Source: a virus (taxonomy: Duplodnaviria; Heunggongvirae; Uroviricota; Caudoviricetes). Taken from it: DNA of 64,000 nucleotides. Of this stretch, positions 53,865 through 61,564 are shown piece after piece. A program made the position numbers and the translations under genes. The stretch lies in the IMG/VR virus record IMGVR_UViG_3300005253_000053; one strand, 5' to 3'. Position 1 is the stretch's first letter. Every line of letters starts with the position of its first letter. The notes below the pieces were generated by a model. That model was not told the DNA's origin and did not search any database. It was given only the letters and a program-made list of their open reading frames with translations.

Positions 53865-54265
53865 TACTTCCCACTCAACATAAAGGCGTATCGACGTTCT
53901 TCTTCGAGCCGAACGTCGATCTCAGCCGCTGTCAGTAGTTCGGCCGTCGTTGTTCCCGTGTCGTCTACTCTAACTCCGGCCCCCGCGAGTTCTCCAGACG
54001 CTGTTTGTGTGACGAGATCCCCGACCACGACCGCCGAAAGGCGCTGGACGACGTCGAGGTTTGCCCTGGACGTCGGAACATCAGCTACGTCTGACAGGTT
54101 ATTAGCAATAATTAGGGCACCGAGAGCGCCAGCGATGGCGTCCAGGAGGTCCTGATTCTGAGATGCGAACCCGTCACGGATAGCCTGCGCCCGGACGCCG
54201 TTCTTGACTCCGACCGGAATGCCGTTCAAGATGTCGTTGATCGTGAGGTCGTCGCGGTCAGCCAT
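53864..54265 (-). CDS. Tail-fibre-associated protein
   Basis: IANNLSDVADVPTSRANLDV fibre-type motif. Confidence 0.55.
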   Translation of the reverse strand: MADRDDLTINDILNGIPVGVKNGVRAQAIRDGFASQNQDLLDAIAGALGALIIANNLSDVADVPTSRANLDVVQRLSAVVVGDLVTQTASGELAGAGVRVDDTGTTTAELLTAAEIDVRLEEERRYAFMLSGK

Positions 54266-54792
54266 CAGTTGAAGTCCTCGTCAAACTCAAAGGAAAACTC
54301 AGAGAATGTCGGGTCAGGAACAATGTCCTTGACATTCCAGTTAGAGTCTACCTGCGGGATGATCGGAGGCTCTCCCGCAAAGAAGACCAAGTTGTTCAAC
54401 GGTACCTCGCGCGTGCTCCCGTCAGCATCCAAAGTTACCACAAAGCGGTCGGGTACACCAAGACTGGCCACGATGATGCCACTCTGCCGGGCTGCCCGTA
54501 CGTGGACGTCAACGAGAACCGGGACGCCGGGCTGGTAAAGGACACCATTGTTACCGGCCTCCTGGAAATGCAGGTCGTCGGCCTCAACGATCTCCTCCCC
54601 GCCATCCTGGCGCAGGACGCGAACCGTGTTGATCCCTTTACTCAGTACGACGGCCTGGGTGAAGTCGCGCAGATCCGGGAAGAGCGTGAGAACCTGATCG
54701 CCGATGATGTACTCCGGCGTACCCACAGACTGAGGCCTGCGAGCCAACGGACCAGACCGAAAGGTGAACTTGCGTTCCCTACGATCCGCCAT
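54265..54792 (-). CDS. Tandem SH3/Tudor-like barrel protein (family member 3)
   Basis: GDQVLTL...VRVLRQDG; FVVTLDADG; IIPQVDSNWNV. Confidence 0.6.
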   Translation of the reverse strand: MADRRERKFTFRSGPLARRPQSVGTPEYIIGDQVLTLFPDLRDFTQAVVLSKGINTVRVLRQDGGEEIVEADDLHFQEAGNNGVLYQPGVPVLVDVHVRAARQSGIIVASLGVPDRFVVTLDADGSTREVPLNNLVFFAGEPPIIPQVDSNWNVKDIVPDPTFSEFSFEFDEDFN

Positions 54793-54795
54793 GGC

Positions 54796-55377
54796 TTACT
54801 CCATCAGCGATTCGAGGACGGTCTCGCTTACGGTGGGCTCTTGCTGTGCGGGGCGGATGGCGAAGGTGATGTGGAAGTCCTGCGCCTTGCCTTCCTCGGA
54901 CTGAGGCAGCTTCTTGAGGCCGAGGCTGCGGCGAAGCTGTTCAAGCTGTGGGCTGTCAACCTGGACGAACCAGACGCGGCTCATCTCGTCCCAGCCTGCC
55001 GGATCGAGATCGATCACGTCGCCCAGGGTGTACTCGTAGAAGCCCGCACCGACCTTGTCCTTCCACTCATCGCCGTGCTTGTCGCGAAGCTGCTTGGCCT
55101 CGTCGTTCTTCACGACGGTGATATGCGGATTGTCGAAGCTGGGGATGACATCGTCGACCAGTTTGCCCTGCGCCTTCAAGGTGGCGAAGACCATGGCCGG
55201 GATCACGTCGTCGACTTCGAGGCAAACCCAGGGCTTGTCCGGATCAGTGTCTTCCGGCTTGAGCTTGCCCATGAAGGTGAGGGGGCGGCGGTTGTGCGCG
55301 CCGTCGATCTCGTCCAGGAACTGGAGGTCGAGCCAGTCAGCCTGCATACAGGTCGCCGTAGCCTCGAAGAGCCCCAC
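54796..55377 (-). CDS. 2H phosphoesterase (two HxT motifs; Acb1/LigT-like)
   Basis: NPHITVV and DFHITFA; GTG start VGLFEA. Confidence 0.8.
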   Translation of the reverse strand: MGLFEATATCMQADWLDLQFLDEIDGAHNRRPLTFMGKLKPEDTDPDKPWVCLEVDDVIPAMVFATLKAQGKLVDDVIPSFDNPHITVVKNDEAKQLRDKHGDEWKDKVGAGFYEYTLGDVIDLDPAGWDEMSRVWFVQVDSPQLEQLRRSLGLKKLPQSEEGKAQDFHITFAIRPAQQEPTVSETVLESLME

Positions 55378-55735
55378 CTATACGTTCTCGCGCATCCCGC
55401 TCAGACGAGGCCTCGATAAATACATCGATCCAGAAGTCCCCGTGGCCGAGTCCGCCTCCTGACGCGGTGCCAGGGTGGGGACCATCGACCTCGAACTCGC
55501 GGCCCGTGCCTGAGTACCGTGGCCTGCCCAAGCGCTCCAAGTGCTGAGCAACGTCCTTGGCCAGTTCCTCCGGAGTCTCCCAGTCGCCCTCCAACTCTCC
55601 CGCGTAGCCAGCGCTGATGACGACGCGAAGCGCCCACGTGGTCGGCCCCACGTCGCGGATGTAAATGTCGCCTGGAGGCGCTTCCACCCTGGCCTCAGAA
55701 AGCACTGTCCGGATGGCTTGGCGTGCGGTGTCCAT
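55378..55735 (-). CDS. Leader-family hypothetical protein
   Basis: MDTARQAIRTVLSEA. Confidence 0.7.
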
Positions 55736-55788
55736 GTCCAAAAGTATAGCGGATGGGGCAAGGCAACGCAACTATCTAGTAAGATAGT

Positions 55789-56082
55789 CTAGTACTTGGA
55801 CTTAACAGGCTGAGCGTCTGCCTCAGCCACCTCGGCCTTATGTGCATTCCAGCCCAGGCGGAACGCCTTGACCGCCGCCCGGATCTCGTCACTCGGCTTC
55901 TTTTCGGCGTGGACCGAAAGCTCGAAGCGTCCGAAGCGGGCTGCGGGCTTGTCCAAGTGGGCGACGCCCATCCGGTTGTAGTACTCGGGGAACTGCCTGC
56001 TCAGCGTTTCGAGAAGGTTGATGAGCATCCGCTCGTCGCGAAGCGAAGCGCTCAACACGTAGATCTTCGTTTTCCTGGCCAT
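55789..56082 (-). CDS. Hypothetical protein
   Basis: GGACAGGAGA-6nt-ATG. Confidence 0.65.
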   Translation of the reverse strand: MARKTKIYVLSASLRDERMLINLLETLSRQFPEYYNRMGVAHLDKPAARFGRFELSVHAEKKPSDEIRAAVKAFRLGWNAHKAEVAEADAQPVKSKY

Positions 56083-56115
56083 GGTGTTTCTCCTGTCCAG
56101 TGGAGGCCTGTCCGG

Positions 56116-56583
56116 TTACTCCTGGGCGAGCGCCGTGGAGACCTCGTCGAAGCTGGAAGTGCTGGGCTTGTTTTCCTTGAACCACGTCTCCAGGCGGCCA
56201 TAGATGTACTGCGCCGCCGCGCCCGCGTTGCCGTAGTCGAACGTCTTCCGGATCGTGTCGTCGTACTTGGTGAAGCTCTCCGGGTAGTCCTTCCACGTGG
56301 GCGGGTCGCCGAAGCACGGCTCGTCCACATGCCATACGTCCACGCAGATCTGATCGATGTTGCGGTGCTCGACCACGACGAGGACGATGGCGGGTCCCGT
56401 GAACCCGGGGCGGAACCAGATCACGATCCCGTCCTCGCGGCCATTGTACCACGCTGCTGTGTGGATATCCTCGGCGTACAGGTACCCGCCGTTCTCGTGC
56501 GGCAGGAAGTCCGGGGCCATATCTTTGAGCATGGCCAAGACGGCCAGCGGCTGCGCGTTGATGTGAAGGCTGAGGTCAATCCT
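56116..56583 (-). pseudogene. Intact ORF whose expected start codon reads AGG
   Basis: GGACAGGAGA-ccaacc-AGG at the same spacing as ATG in 56082 and 59191. Confidence 0.5.
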
Positions 56584-56612
56584 GGTTGGTCTCCTGTCCT
56601 GTCCCACAACCA

Positions 56613-56641
56613 AGTATATCGGGACGCCCAGGGGAAGTCAA
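56613..56641 (-). promoter_or_regulatory. Sigma70-type promoter TTGACT-17-TATACT
   Basis: Near-consensus boxes, AT-rich upstream. Confidence 0.75.
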
Positions 56642-56679
56642 CATAATTTTATAGGAGTTTCTAAAAAAATTTATATGAG

Positions 56680-56937
56680 TTATCCGGGGCCTGCTACCCT
56701 CCCGAACCGTTCGTCGGCGTCAGTTCTCTCATTGGGCCATGGCACGAACTCGGCGATGATCCTGCCCGGAGCCCGGACGTAGAAGCCCTCCGCGCCTACC
56801 TGGGTGACTGTGCCACCCGGGCACCGCTGACCGGCGGCGTACTCAGCCCGCGCCCACTGGCGCTTCTGTTCGGCCCGGTGCCGCCGCTCCTGGGGGTCTT
56901 CCTGGCCCTGCTTGGGTTGTGTGTTACGTGACATCAT
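56680..56937 (-). CDS. Small basic hypothetical
   Basis: GAGG upstream; overlap with previous stop. Confidence 0.45.
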   Translation of the reverse strand: MMSRNTQPKQGQEDPQERRHRAEQKRQWARAEYAAGQRCPGGTVTQVGAEGFYVRAPGRIIAEFVPWPNERTDADERFGRVAGPG

Positions 56938-58072
56938 AACCTCTGCTTTCTGCGGCTCCATGCCCCGCTGCGGTCTTCCTGACCAGGATAGGCCAGATCC
57001 ATACCAGTTTGCGTTCCCTGCGCCCCTCGCCTATGGCCACTCTCCGGAAGTGGCCCTTGCGCCAGTGGGGCCTGGGAGACTTCCGGGAGCCCTCCCCGCC
57101 CTCGGTGGGCTCTGCTTCGACCTGATCGATCAGGGGCTTGATCTTGACCGAGGAGCCCACCACGACCTCCTGAGGAATCATGCCCTCCTCGATCTGACGC
57201 CTGACCGATTTGCGTCGTTTGGAACTGGTCTTTCGTTTCTTGAAGTCTTGGAGCCGGACGTAAAGCTCGTGCGGGTTCTCCAGGATGTCGGCGTCCGGGC
57301 AGGACATGTAGAGGAACAAATTGGCCACCACACGGACCAGGATCGAGTCCACGTCTGTCCGCTGCCAACGCATCTGTCCACCGGCCAGGAGGTGCGCGAT
57401 TGGATCGAAGACCTGGGCCTGATCCAGCTTGTCCTGCTGCTCTATGCCGAGCATTACGAGGTTATCGACCGAACGGGTCTCACCCTCGTCCCAGCCGATG
57501 TTCTGAAACCGTACCGTCCAGTCGTGGTGTGTCTTGTCCTGCTCCCCGCGAGCCACGTAAAGCACGCGGCACTGGTAGTCGATGTCTGCCAGTGTCTTTC
57601 CGCCGGACGAGGTGAAGACCTGGGCCATAGGTCCCGGTTCCCCGACCGGTCCCCAAGACACGTAGCAGCCCTCGGCCTCGACGTACCCCCCACGAACTCC
57701 AGGAAAGCGTACGCGGTTGGGCGGCAGCGCAATATAGACGGCGGGAAACGGCGGGTGAATCTCGCTTATTGCCAAGCGGGCCTCAGTCTCAACCAGTAAA
57801 TCAAACAGATCGGCCGAAGGCCTGATCACGTGACGACCGCAGGCGTCCCAGACTGCTGTTTGATAGATCTCGTTGACCGCTGGAGAGTGCCCAGCCGTGC
57901 CTCGGATCATCGTCTTGACAGCCTCGGACTCTACGAAGTAGGCAAAACCCGTGCGCTCCGAACTCACATGGCTCCTGGCCTCATCCCAGTCCACGCCCAA
58001 CATCCGCATCAGCGGGTGTTTCATCATCCGGTCGCGGAAGGATTTCCAGTGCGTGAGTTTCTCTTTGGCCAC
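56924..58072 (-). CDS. Hypothetical phage protein with C-terminal PRPHWRKGHFRR...RKLVWI.P motif
   Basis: 382-aa ORF; GAGGA RBS, GTG. Confidence 0.7.
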   Translation of the reverse strand: MAKEKLTHWKSFRDRMMKHPLMRMLGVDWDEARSHVSSERTGFAYFVESEAVKTMIRGTAGHSPAVNEIYQTAVWDACGRHVIRPSADLFDLLVETEARLAISEIHPPFPAVYIALPPNRVRFPGVRGGYVEAEGCYVSWGPVGEPGPMAQVFTSSGGKTLADIDYQCRVLYVARGEQDKTHHDWTVRFQNIGWDEGETRSVDNLVMLGIEQQDKLDQAQVFDPIAHLLAGGQMRWQRTDVDSILVRVVANLFLYMSCPDADILENPHELYVRLQDFKKRKTSSKRRKSVRRQIEEGMIPQEVVVGSSVKIKPLIDQVEAEPTEGGEGSRKSPRPHWRKGHFRRVAIGEGRRERKLVWIWPILVRKTAAGHGAAESRGYDVT

Positions 58073-58081
58073 GGTGTGTCC

Positions 58082-58396
58082 TCATCTCCTCTTCGGAAAC
58101 ATCCTGTCGATTTCCTCGTCGCTCTTGCCCAACCGTTTGAACTCTGAGCGGAGGAACTCTTCGTGCCGGTACTCCTGTAACCTGCGGTCGCGCTGCGTGT
58201 TCATAGCGCTGAACGCCGCCAGCAGACCGTTACCTGCCTCAAGTCTGCGCATGGCCTGGGCACTGCGCCGCAGAGACTCGGACCGATCTTCCGGAGTCTC
58301 CTTTGGATCTGATTCCGGTGGCTTGCCCAGGCAGCACTTCTTGAACTTCTTGCCGCTGCCGCAGTGGCACGGTGAGTTGCGTCCGAACTTAGGCAT
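58082..58396 (-). CDS. SEC-C motif protein
   Basis: GRNSPCHCGSGKKFKKCC. Confidence 0.85.
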   Translation of the reverse strand: MPKFGRNSPCHCGSGKKFKKCCLGKPPESDPKETPEDRSESLRRSAQAMRRLEAGNGLLAAFSAMNTQRDRRLQEYRHEEFLRSEFKRLGKSDEEIDRMFPKRR

Positions 58397-58397
58397 G

Positions 58398-58886
58398 TCA
58401 GCCGCCCTCTCGGGTGTAGACATGCTTTTCGATGAGCTTTCCGTACGTGTACCCTTTCAAGACTATAAACTCCTGGGCTTCAGCCAACGTATCGAACTTC
58501 TGCTGATCCCCGAGTATCTTGACGTGGAAGTGGTCGCCGGGAACAAACTTGGAAACTGTAGCGAATTTCCGCCGGTCTCCGCCGCGCCAGTTCCACCAAT
58601 AATTTACATGCTTCCTAAAGGCCAAACAGTCTTCACGCATGATGCAGGCAAGAAGCATCTGTCTCCGGCAGTAGCCAGAGTCGCTATATTGGTATCGTGA
58701 TTCTGCGTCACATCCCTCCATCAACTCTTCTATTGCTTCATCCCTAAAGTGTATTGCAACACTGGGCTCTATCCCATACAGCGACCATGCCGAAAATGCA
58801 GACTTCAGTAATTCCTCGCCGTTTCTAGGAAGCGGATGTGACGGATCAAAGCCGGGCGGGAAGTCTTGTGGATAATTCCGTGCCAT
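58398..58886 (-). CDS. Hypothetical protein (lower GC)
   Basis: ORF track. Confidence 0.55.
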   Translation of the reverse strand: MARNYPQDFPPGFDPSHPLPRNGEELLKSAFSAWSLYGIEPSVAIHFRDEAIEELMEGCDAESRYQYSDSGYCRRQMLLACIMREDCLAFRKHVNYWWNWRGGDRRKFATVSKFVPGDHFHVKILGDQQKFDTLAEAQEFIVLKGYTYGKLIEKHVYTREGG

Positions 58887-58954
58887 CTGGTTTTCTCTTC
58901 AGCAATCCACTGCCAAGCCCGCTTTCGCAGGCCCGGCGGTGGGCCGCCCACGCC

Positions 58955-59191
58955 CTAGTAATTCAGTGTGACAAATTTTCCGCGATACTTCTCAATCGTG
59001 TCGTAGTTGAGGCTGATTGTGAACACTTCGCCACCGTGACGGTCGGCATTTCGCTGCGCGCCTGCCCGGGTCTTCCACTGCTTGGCGGAGTGATTCGAGC
59101 CCAGACCGACAAAGCGGGCGCTGAGCCACTCGCCCGTCGTGGTCCAGAGTGCGGTGCCCTTACCCAGTGTCTTCTTGATTCCGTACTGCAT
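58955..59191 (-). CDS. Small hypothetical protein
   Basis: GGACAGGAGA-6nt-ATG. Confidence 0.65.
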   Translation of the reverse strand: MQYGIKKTLGKGTALWTTTGEWLSARFVGLGSNHSAKQWKTRAGAQRNADRHGGEVFTISLNYDTIEKYRGKFVTLNY

Positions 59192-59220
59192 GGCTAGTCT
59201 CCTGTCCCTGTCCGCTACTT

Positions 59221-59249
59221 ACTATATCGGGAGCCCTCCGTATTTGCAA
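59221..59249 (-). promoter_or_regulatory. Sigma70-type promoter TTGCAA-17-TATAGT
   Basis: Near-consensus; spacer ends CCCGA like the 56.6 kb promoter. Confidence 0.7.
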
Positions 59250-59275
59250 GAGTATTTTATATGATTTTCCAATAA

Positions 59276-60250
59276 TTATTCCAGGAGTTCCAGCACCCTA
59301 TGGACGAACCGGGGACCCGCATTGGGACCCCGTACGAAGCCGTTGTAGACCTGGACCAGTGGAGCCCCGGCCTTCAGGTATTGGAGCACCTCAACGGCGC
59401 TGAAGATCCCGCCGCAGCCGATTACGACCTTCTTGATATGCGCCGTCACGTAATGCACCAGCGCCACACTCAGGCCCCGGACAGCGTCTCCGCTCCGACC
59501 GCCCTTGCCGTACTTCTCATGGACCGAGGGAAGCGTGTTCGAGCAGATGAAGCCTGACAAGTTGAAGTCGTCGGCGAGGATCAGGATCTGTTCGAGGTCA
59601 TCGCCTTGGATATTGGGCGACAATTTGACCAGGAGTGGTCGGCCCCTGCGATACAGGCAGCAAGCGTTCAGGAGTTCTCTCAGTGCGCTGGGGTCCTCGA
59701 ACGTCTTGCCCTCGGCCGTGTTCGGACAGCTTATGTTGAGAACCGTGTACGCCCCAAGGCCGCCCAGGAGCCGGTAGCTCTCGCTTATGTCCTCGATGGC
59801 CGCGTCGCCCATGATGTTGGGATCGTGCGTCTTGGCGATGTTGACGCCGTAGGCCTGCGAGCGGCACATCAGCAGGCGTTCCCGGACCATCCAGGCAGGC
59901 TCGCCGTTGAGACCCATCCGGTTCATCACGTCGCGGTCGCCGACACGGAACATCCTGGGCCGCTCATTACCTGGGCCACCCTGACAGGTCACGCTGCCCA
60001 CCTCGACCCAGCCGAAGCCGTAGTCCTCGGCCACGTCCACAAGAATGCCATTCTTATCGAAACCGGCCGCGAGGCCGATGGGGTTGTTGATCTCGGTACC
60101 GAAGAGATGGGTCTTGAAGATGTCGGGATTGTTACCTTCCGGCTCGTACAGGCCGGGGGCTAAGCGCCGCTTCAGCATGCCCCGCACAGCGATATCGTGG
60201 GCGCGCTCAGGATCGAGAAGGGTAAGAAGGAGGTGGGCCAGTCTTTCCAT
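59276..60250 (-). CDS. pyrD: Dihydroorotate dehydrogenase, class 2 (quinone)-like
   Basis: NPIGLAAGFDKNG, EVGSVT, RPRMFR, NRMGLN, LNISCPN, VKLSP, SNT, GCGGI. Confidence 0.95.
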   Translation of the reverse strand: MERLAHLLLTLLDPERAHDIAVRGMLKRRLAPGLYEPEGNNPDIFKTHLFGTEINNPIGLAAGFDKNGILVDVAEDYGFGWVEVGSVTCQGGPGNERPRMFRVGDRDVMNRMGLNGEPAWMVRERLLMCRSQAYGVNIAKTHDPNIMGDAAIEDISESYRLLGGLGAYTVLNISCPNTAEGKTFEDPSALRELLNACCLYRRGRPLLVKLSPNIQGDDLEQILILADDFNLSGFICSNTLPSVHEKYGKGGRSGDAVRGLSVALVHYVTAHIKKVVIGCGGIFSAVEVLQYLKAGAPLVQVYNGFVRGPNAGPRFVHRVLELLE

Positions 60251-60430
60251 GGCGAGTCCTCAAATAAGTCGGCCCCCCGAACAACCGGCGGTGGGGGGGT
60301 TTCGCCGTCATCCGGGGGACCAGTGCGGTGACAGCCCAGTCGTTTTGAACTGCACCACGACCTCATCCTACCGTAAGCGCCCCACTTCGTGCAAGCTGTC
60401 TGAGTCAGCGGTTTATCCAGGTCCAGTATA

Positions 60431-60847
60431 TCATCGAACTGCGTCCGCCATGTTCCGGATGACACCCTGGACGAGGTCGCTCTTGAAGTACTGCTGGAGC
60501 ACCATGCGAAGTTCGTCCGCGTTCTCCAGTAGGGACTTCTCACCGACGATGTCGTTGGAGACCGGGTACGCGGCCTCGGAGACGTGCGAGAGCTTCAACA
60601 GGGTACGGCTGATGTCGGGCACATCGATACTGATGGCAAAGCTATGGTGCAGCCGGAAGTTCGGAGTGACCCTTTCCTCCTCCATGTCGGCAGAATCGGT
60701 ACGCTCTTCCGTCTTCACCCAGGCTTCCAGATCGTGGCGGCCCTGGGATGTCTTGTGCTGCTGGTTGAACTGCTTCGCGGCTTCCCGAAGGATGGTGATG
60801 GGAGCATCCGGGTGGGCGTCGACTTTGATGTTGGGCCAGAAGTCCAT
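60431..60847 (-). CDS. Hypothetical protein, leaderless (MDFWPNI...)
   Basis: ATG 6 nt after GATATA of motif copy 12. Confidence 0.7.
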   Translation of the reverse strand: MDFWPNIKVDAHPDAPITILREAAKQFNQQHKTSQGRHDLEAWVKTEERTDSADMEEERVTPNFRLHHSFAISIDVPDISRTLLKLSHVSEAAYPVSNDIVGEKSLLENADELRMVLQQYFKSDLVQGVIRNMADAVR

Positions 60848-60855
60848 ACTCTCTA

Positions 60856-60877
60856 TATCGGATTGGGCAGGCTATTT
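60856..60877 (-). promoter_or_regulatory. Promoter-like motif copy 12 (AAATAGCCTGCCCAATCCGATA)
   Basis: Consensus match; T13 tract upstream (A13 at 60886-60898 on +). Confidence 0.8.
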
Positions 60878-60912
60878 GGTCAGATAAAAAAAAAAAAACC
60901 GGGGTAGGGATA

Positions 60913-61518
60913 TTATCGGCCCAAACCGAAGAACCCGCGCTTCCGTTTGGGCTTGCGCTTGCGTGGAGGTGAGGGCTCAGGCGGAGCGGTCGGTTCGAGG
61001 ACGTTGTACGCGCGTCGCAGGTTCTCCAGGGCCGCATCGACCGCGCCTGCGATCTCTCGGCTGCCCTGGGGATCACTACGCAGCGCCAAGCGCAGGCCAG
61101 ACACGTGGGCGATGGCGTTCGCCATCCGCGACTTGACGCTGCCGTGCTTGGGCGCACGCGGCGGCCGGGCGGCAGGCTGCTGCGGTTCCTCGGGAGCTTC
61201 CTCACGCTGCCAACCTGGAATCGACGGAGCTTTCTCGTAATCCAGACGGTACTGCTGCTGACCGGTGTTGAGCGTAGCTGTCAGCGGACCCGTCTGCGTG
61301 AGTTCAGCGTTGACAGTTCCCAGCCGGTTGAGGATCTCCACAAACTGACGACCGCCAATCCGGTTACCGCTAGGTCCAGTGATGGTGCCTGTCTCCGGAA
61401 CCAGATCGACGTTGATGTCACCGCCCAGCGTGAGCGGTATGCGGACGGACTGGGAGAACTGCCCTTCCTGCTCGGCGAGGCGCATGCGTTCGTTCAATGT
61501 GGCGCGGAGAACCTTCAT
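60913..61518 (-). CDS. Hypothetical protein with basic C-tail
   Basis: ORF track; N-terminus LNE...RLAEQ. Confidence 0.65.
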   Translation of the reverse strand: MKVLRATLNERMRLAEQEGQFSQSVRIPLTLGGDINVDLVPETGTITGPSGNRIGGRQFVEILNRLGTVNAELTQTGPLTATLNTGQQQYRLDYEKAPSIPGWQREEAPEEPQQPAARPPRAPKHGSVKSRMANAIAHVSGLRLALRSDPQGSREIAGAVDAALENLRRAYNVLEPTAPPEPSPPRKRKPKRKRGFFGLGR

Positions 61519-61564
61519 GCTCGCGGCTGCTCTGGACGTGTGAGTTGTCTCTCGGTGATGCGCA

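Noticed and set aside
60253-60430. PyrR-type attenuator or small ORF upstream of pyrD
   Set aside because: C/G runs could pair, but I found no PyrR consensus and no convincing ORF.
4679-60877. The 22-nt repeat as CRISPR repeats, REP elements or att sites
   Set aside because: Copies are dispersed, degenerate, non-palindromic, always upstream of and oriented with gene blocks; no regular spacers.
60886-60898. A13 homopolymer as a phase-variation tract or terminator
   Set aside because: Intergenic with no convincing hairpin; most simply an AT-rich tract upstream of motif copy 12, or homopolymer length error.
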